Below, in pieces: positions 47,074-50,536 of a stretch of 50,536 nucleotides of DNA. The notes under the pieces were generated by a model. The model saw only the letters and a list, made by a program, of their open reading frames with translations, was not told the DNA's origin and did not search any database. Source of the DNA: a virus; the IMG/VR virus record IMGVR_UViG_3300048562_000008. One strand, 5' to 3'. A program made the position numbers and the translations under genes. Each line of letters opens with the position of its first letter. The first letter of the stretch is position 1.

Positions 47074-47648
47074 CACAGCTCCCAGGGGGCGGTCACGATG
47101 TTGCGCAGCGCCTGGAGCCGCTCCCCCTGCTCCTTGATGACGATGAGGTACCCGTCGAGGAGCTGCCGGGCGTTGGCGAGGTCTGTCTCCAGGCTCGCGA
47201 CGGTGTCCATCAGCTCCTCCTCGCGGGGCGTCGCCGCGCCCTCGCAGGCCAGGAACTTCTCGCGGAACTCCTTGACCGCCATGTTGGCGAGCTTCACCCC
47301 GCCGAGGAACGTCTCGACCTTGCGGCGCAGCGCGAACTTCTCGGCGCTGTCGTACGTCACGTACCCGCCGTCGATCAGCCCGGCCACGTCATCCCACGAG
47401 CGTACCGGGGTCATGTCGCCGGTGCCGCGGTAGTCCTCGAACGGCGACGGGCACGAGCACCCGCTGTCGCGCGCCGCGAGCAGCGTGTTCGTCTCGTTGT
47501 CGATCCAGACCACGACGGTGTCGAACGAGTAGGAGGCGCCCGGGTCCTCCAGCACGCCGAGGATCGTCAGGCCGCACGTCTCCGGGTTGTAGTACGGGTT
47601 GAAGTCGTAGCTGTACCCGTCTCCGTTGGTGTCGAACAGACGGCTCAT
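47073..47648 (-). CDS. hypothetical protein (191 aa, MSRLFDTNGDG...)
   Basis: ATGA overlap with the sigma gene stop. The track ORF is trimmed. Confidence 0.65.
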   Translation of the reverse strand: MSRLFDTNGDGYSYDFNPYYNPETCGLTILGVLEDPGASYSFDTVVVWIDNETNTLLAARDSGCSCPSPFEDYRGTGDMTPVRSWDDVAGLIDGGYVTYDSAEKFALRRKVETFLGGVKLANMAVKEFREKFLACEGAATPREEELMDTVASLETDLANARQLLDGYLIVIKEQGERLQALRNIVTAPWEL

Positions 47649-48133
47649 GCCGCCACCTCCTCGATGATGCGTAGGCGCGCGCGCTCGGCGCGCTGATGGA
47701 TTCGCTGGCGGGACGTGCCCAGTCGCTGCCCGATCTCGTCGTACGTCAGGCCGTTGATGTAGTGCAGGACGAACGCCTGCGCGTCGGCCGGGCGGCACCG
47801 CTCAAGGCAGTCCCGCAGCTCGACGCCGAACATGTGGTCGTCCTCGGTGGGTGTGGGCGCTGGCGAGGTGTAGCTCTGGCCCGGCCGCAGCTCGACCTGC
47901 ACGCCGATGGGGCGCTCGGTCTGCGTCGGGGCGGACGGACGATGACGCCGGGAGTCGACCATGCGCGCCCGGTGGATAGCCATCATCAGCGCGCCGGTCG
48001 GTCTGTCCTTTGTGAGGAGCTGCGCGAACGTCTCGCTCGCCAGGTCCTCGGCGTCGTCGGGGCCGAAGCCCTGATTTACTGCGATTCCCACGAGTGCCCT
48101 GTATGACCGCTCGAACAGCTCTGTTGTCGTCAT
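47645..48133 (-). CDS. ECF-like sigma factor (162 aa, regions 2 and 4)
   Basis: Region 2-like DAEDLASETFAQLL. Region 4 HTH LTYDEIGQRLGTSRQRIHQRAERARLRI. It is the first gene after the promoter at 48321..48350. Confidence 0.8.
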   Translation of the reverse strand: MTTTELFERSYRALVGIAVNQGFGPDDAEDLASETFAQLLTKDRPTGALMMAIHRARMVDSRRHRPSAPTQTERPIGVQVELRPGQSYTSPAPTPTEDDHMFGVELRDCLERCRPADAQAFVLHYINGLTYDEIGQRLGTSRQRIHQRAERARLRIIEEVAA

Positions 48134-48167
48134 AGTGGCGCATCCTTTCAGCGGGTTCGGTGATGGG

Positions 48168-48219
48168 TTGCGCCCGCCTGCCCCCGACCACAAGGAGGGG
48201 CAGGCACGCTTGGGCGCAA
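48168..48219 (-). other. 16-bp interrupted hairpin in the sigma-gene leader
   Basis: TTGCGCCC-g-CCTGCCCC ...loop... GGGGCAGG-cacgctt-GGGCGCAA, lying between the promoter and the RBS. Confidence 0.5.
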
Positions 48220-48320
48220 AACGCGGTGGTGCCCGCGTAGGGCTTACTACTTTTCCCGGCTCACGTTGTGGCCGGGTAGTGTTCAACGGGCTTCCGTAGC
48301 TGATGTTTACTACTCCAAGG

Positions 48321-48350
48321 AGTATATCGCGCGAGCACCCCGTTTGTCAA
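48321..48350 (-). promoter_or_regulatory. sigma70-type promoter (TTGACA-18-TATACT) with a roughly 190-nt leader before the sigma gene
   Basis: The minus strand reads gcccTTGACAaacggggtgctcgcgcgaTATACT. Confidence 0.75.
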
Positions 48351-48436
48351 GGGCGGGTGATGTGCAGGTAGAGCAGGAACCCCAGGAGCGGCAGCCAGAT
48401 GGCCGCGATACCGAGGAGGTACCACCCCCAACTCAC
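48347..48436 (-). CDS. possible hydrophobic micro-peptide (29 aa, VSWGWYLLGIAAIWLPLLGFLLYLHITRP)
   Basis: GTGA overlap with the upstream stop. The stop TGA lies inside the promoter -35 element, the same arrangement as 45813..45992. Confidence 0.35.
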   Translation of the reverse strand: MSWGWYLLGIAAIWLPLLGFLLYLHITRP

Positions 48437-48762
48437 GCTTCCGGCTCCTGTTCTTCGCCGGAACCGAGGAGAGCGCGGTTCCGCTGCATGCGGCGCATCG
48501 CGCCCTCTGTCGGCATCGCCTCGACGGCCACGCATGAAGCGATCCAGAGGTTGATGTCTCGCAGCGCCTCTTCCAGTTCACGCACACGCGCCTCCGCTGC
48601 CTCGACCCGGCACCCCCACTCCGCAGCACCCTCGCGATAAAGCTCGGCTGCGGCGGCCCACCCCTGCTCCTTCACACGCGCCTCGTCCCGTTCCCGCTCC
48701 GCTGCCTCGGCGCGAGCCCTCCATGCCCATATCAATCTCTCTGAATCGCTCAACCGGGCCAT
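48433..48762 (-). CDS. hypothetical coiled-coil protein (109 aa)
   Basis: The track ORF is trimmed to MARLSDSERL. Ala/Glu/Arg-rich. Confidence 0.5.
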   Translation of the reverse strand: MARLSDSERLIWAWRARAEAAERERDEARVKEQGWAAAAELYREGAAEWGCRVEAAEARVRELEEALRDINLWIASCVAVEAMPTEGAMRRMQRNRALLGSGEEQEPEA

Positions 48763-48992
48763 ACGCCACCAACTGCGCTCAGAAGTTCGTCGTATCGCTG
48801 CTCCCACTCGTCCCGTTCCCGCTCGGCTTCACGCAGGCGGGCGGCGAAGCGTTCCAAGGCTTCGTACGCAGCCGGTCTCTTGTCTCTGCCGGGGCCGTAT
48901 ACGCCAGCCTCGATAGCGAGCCAGATCGTGCTTCTGTCTTGGTCCACGTTCGCCTCCGGGGCGGGCGGCTGCGGGTCAGGCACGTCAGTCAT
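48750..48992 (-). CDS. hypothetical protein (80 aa, MTDVPDPQPPAPEA...)
   Basis: The track ORF is trimmed. It shares the 23-nt segment tcgcctccggggcgggcggctgcg (QPPAPEA) with 49068..49559. Confidence 0.5.
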   Translation of the reverse strand: MTDVPDPQPPAPEANVDQDRSTIWLAIEAGVYGPGRDKRPAAYEALERFAARLREAERERDEWEQRYDELLSAVGGVWPG

Positions 48993-49071
48993 GGCGCACC
49001 GTCCGCATCCAGCACCGACATCTCTGGGGGTAGTAGCGGCGCAGGCCACAGATACACGCAGGCAGTTTCAT
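48985..49071 (-). CDS. possible Cys-rich micro-ORF (28 aa, MKLPACICGLRRYYPQRCRCWMRTVRHD)
   Basis: ATGA overlap with the upstream stop. GGAAAGGA RBS. It overlaps the next start. Confidence 0.3.
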   Translation of the reverse strand: MKLPACICGLRRYYPQRCRCWMRTVRHD

Positions 49072-49559
49072 GCCACGTCCTTTCCGGCGAGGGCAGCGTG
49101 CGCGTCCTCGACGGCGGCATGGAGACGCCGTAGCTCCTGCTGGTGGTACGCCTCCACGATGTTGGCGGGGATGCACCACAAACCTTCGTCCTCGGCCTGC
49201 TCGTCCACGATCGCCTTGAGCTTGTCCATCGCGTCCGCGCTCGCCTCCGGGGCGGGCGGCTGCGATAGTGGGGGTAGTGGCCCATCTGTCCAATACGAAG
49301 CGTTTAGCTCTTCCTCGTCCCAACGGTCGAGAGCGTCCTGTTCCGGGGCGGGCAAGTCAGCGGACAAGGTGTTGCTCGGCGCCCGCAGTCGAAGGTCGGG
49401 ATAGTTCTCGCGCAGGGCAACGACAGGCTGTGCGTAACTCTTAGGTCTGCGCACTTCGCGGCTGAACTTCATCGCCTCGTCATAGGTGAATGGCCCCCAG
49501 CCCCACTCATCGCGGACAGCGTCGATGTCAACAAGGAAGACAACCCACTCGTTGGTCAT
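49068..49559 (-). CDS. hypothetical protein (163 aa, MTNEWVVFLV...)
   Basis: The track ORF is trimmed. The ATG is 1 nt after the upstream stop. Confidence 0.6.
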   Translation of the reverse strand: MTNEWVVFLVDIDAVRDEWGWGPFTYDEAMKFSREVRRPKSYAQPVVALRENYPDLRLRAPSNTLSADLPAPEQDALDRWDEEELNASYWTDGPLPPLSQPPAPEASADAMDKLKAIVDEQAEDEGLWCIPANIVEAYHQQELRRLHAAVEDAHAALAGKDVA

Positions 49560-49560
49560 G

Positions 49561-49995
49561 TCAGCCTCCCAGGTCGAGTTGTGCTTCTTCGGCCTCAAGC
49601 TGCGCCTTGAGGGCCTCGGCCTCCGCAGCAGCGGCCTCGTCGGCCTCCTCGCGAGCCTTCGCGCGGGAGTCAAGGAACTCACGCACGGCGGGTGACAGCC
49701 ACGAGTCGTCGCCGTCGCGCACCTCGTGCGTGATGTCCTGGATCAGCGCCTCCAGCAGCGCGCCGATGTCTGCGAACCCGTCCCGCATTGCCGCACCCAG
49801 TAGGTTCAGGTGCTCGTTCAGGAAGTTGGCGGCGCGGAACAGCTCGGTCACGCCTGCGGTCAGTTCGATGGCGCTTGCCACTGGGGTAACGCGCCCCTTC
49901 GTCGGGTCGAGCGGATCTACGGGGACGCTGCCGTCCGCGCCGGGTATGATGACCGGGCCGGTGTAGGGCTTAGGGCCTTCGGGACGTGAGGGCAT
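49561..49995 (-). CDS. hypothetical protein (144 aa) with an acidic coiled-coil C-terminus
   Basis: Track ORF. Its start region GAAAGGACGTGGCAT is duplicated at 49068..49085. Confidence 0.6.
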   Translation of the reverse strand: MPSRPEGPKPYTGPVIIPGADGSVPVDPLDPTKGRVTPVASAIELTAGVTELFRAANFLNEHLNLLGAAMRDGFADIGALLEALIQDITHEVRDGDDSWLSPAVREFLDSRAKAREEADEAAAAEAEALKAQLEAEEAQLDLGG

Positions 49996-50212
49996 TATGC
50001 CACGTCCTTTCTTGGAGCTGGCGCTCCAGTTGGGTTATGCGGCGGTACGCCGCCCTGCGTAGGGTTACTTCCACGTCGATGCGCGCCTGCAGGGAGTCGA
50101 GCGCGGACAGCAGCGCGCGCCTCTGGGCCGAATCCGCGCCCTCGTTGGCCTCCAGCTCCTCGATGTACGCGGCCATGCCGTCGTAGTCGGTAGAGGAGAA
50201 CTGGCGCTTCAC
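49970..50212 (-). CDS. hypothetical protein (80 aa) with the MKRQFSST N-terminus
   Basis: The GTG start lies in a GTGA overlap inside the 74-bp junction repeat. It is an N-terminal paralog of 50209..50484. Confidence 0.6.
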   Translation of the reverse strand: MKRQFSSTDYDGMAAYIEELEANEGADSAQRRALLSALDSLQARIDVEVTLRRAAYRRITQLERQLQERTWHNALTSRRP

Positions 50213-50266
50213 GACGTGCGCTTCTTCCGGCGGGCCTCAGTCCGCTCCAGCCGCCAGTGCAGCGAC
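50193..50266. repeat. 74-bp direct repeat spanning a gene junction, internal copy
   Basis: It matches 50464..50536 (the same sequence as 54..127) with one mismatch. It encodes ...LHWRLERTEARRKKRTS* plus the start MKRQFSST. Confidence 0.85.
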
Positions 50267-50484
50267 CCAGCGACCATGGTGATCGTCTCCAAGCGCTGAG
50301 CAGCCAAGTTGAGGTCCCGGCATTCAATTGGGCCGAGCCCACTCTCACGCATTGTCTTGACAAGCTCCGCGCGAGCCGAGTGCGCCTCGGTGAGAATACG
50401 AGCTATATCTGCCGTCATTTGTGCAGGCGAAGCCGGAGCGAGTTCGCTCCGGAGCACTTCGGTGGAGGAGAACTGGCGCTTCAC
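50209..50484 (-). CDS. hypothetical protein (91 aa), MKRQFSST N-terminus and LHWRLERTEARRKKRTS C-terminus
   Basis: Track ORF. Both termini lie in copies of the junction repeat. Confidence 0.6.
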   Translation of the reverse strand: MKRQFSSTEVLRSELAPASPAQMTADIARILTEAHSARAELVKTMRESGLGPIECRDLNLAAQRLETITMVAGSLHWRLERTEARRKKRTS

Positions 50485-50536
50485 GACGTGCGCTTCTTCC
50501 GGCGGGCCTCAGTCCGCTCCAGCCGCCAGTGCAGCG

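Noticed and set aside
36485-50484. Integrase, excisionase or CI-like repressor module (temperate lifestyle).
   Set aside because: I saw no tyrosine or serine recombinase motifs in any ORF. The only small HTH proteins lack an adjacent integrase. The genome looks lytic, although absence of evidence from reading by eye is weak.

Overview
The window is one complete high-GC (about 65%) dsDNA phage genome. Bases 1..127 are identical to 50410..50536, so the unique unit is about 50,409 bp. I saw no integrase or lysogeny module.

Layout:
- Minus-strand early/replication block, 36485..50484 continuing into 72..7027. It holds rIIA/rIIB homologs, a family-A DNA polymerase that is physically split, primase-helicase, SSB, endonuclease VII, a Rad52-like annealase, a PD-(D/E)XK exonuclease, an HD hydrolase, two metallophosphoesterases, one intact sigma factor, and a sigma factor split into separate region-2 and region-4 ORFs.
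- A roughly 3.9-kb protein-free RNA island on the plus strand, 7230..11070.
- Plus-strand virion and lysis block, 11101..36434: tail-fibre-like proteins, TerL, portal, scaffold, capsid, podovirus-like tail and internal proteins, M15 endolysin, holin-like proteins and an amidase.
- The two blocks converge on a bidirectional terminator near 36445..36483.

Early genes are driven by five near-identical TTGACA-N17/18-TATACT promoters.

Most interesting observations:
1. A 79-nt tmRNA-like gene that keeps only the alanine-identity tRNA-like domain. It has no tag ORF and no pseudoknots.
2. A hand-folded set of 25 tRNAs covering all 20 amino acids. Many have systematically non-canonical D/T-loop elbows: a T-loop of the form NGCRANN, loss of G18G19, or a minimal D hairpin.
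3. Several hundred nt of structured, unassigned RNA between and around the tRNAs.
4. A DNA polymerase interrupted exactly at the TGRxSS/NFQNIP motif by a 1.2-kb three-gene insert that ends in a LAGLIDADG ORF.

All RNA folds and homology calls were made by eye and from memory and need computational confirmation.
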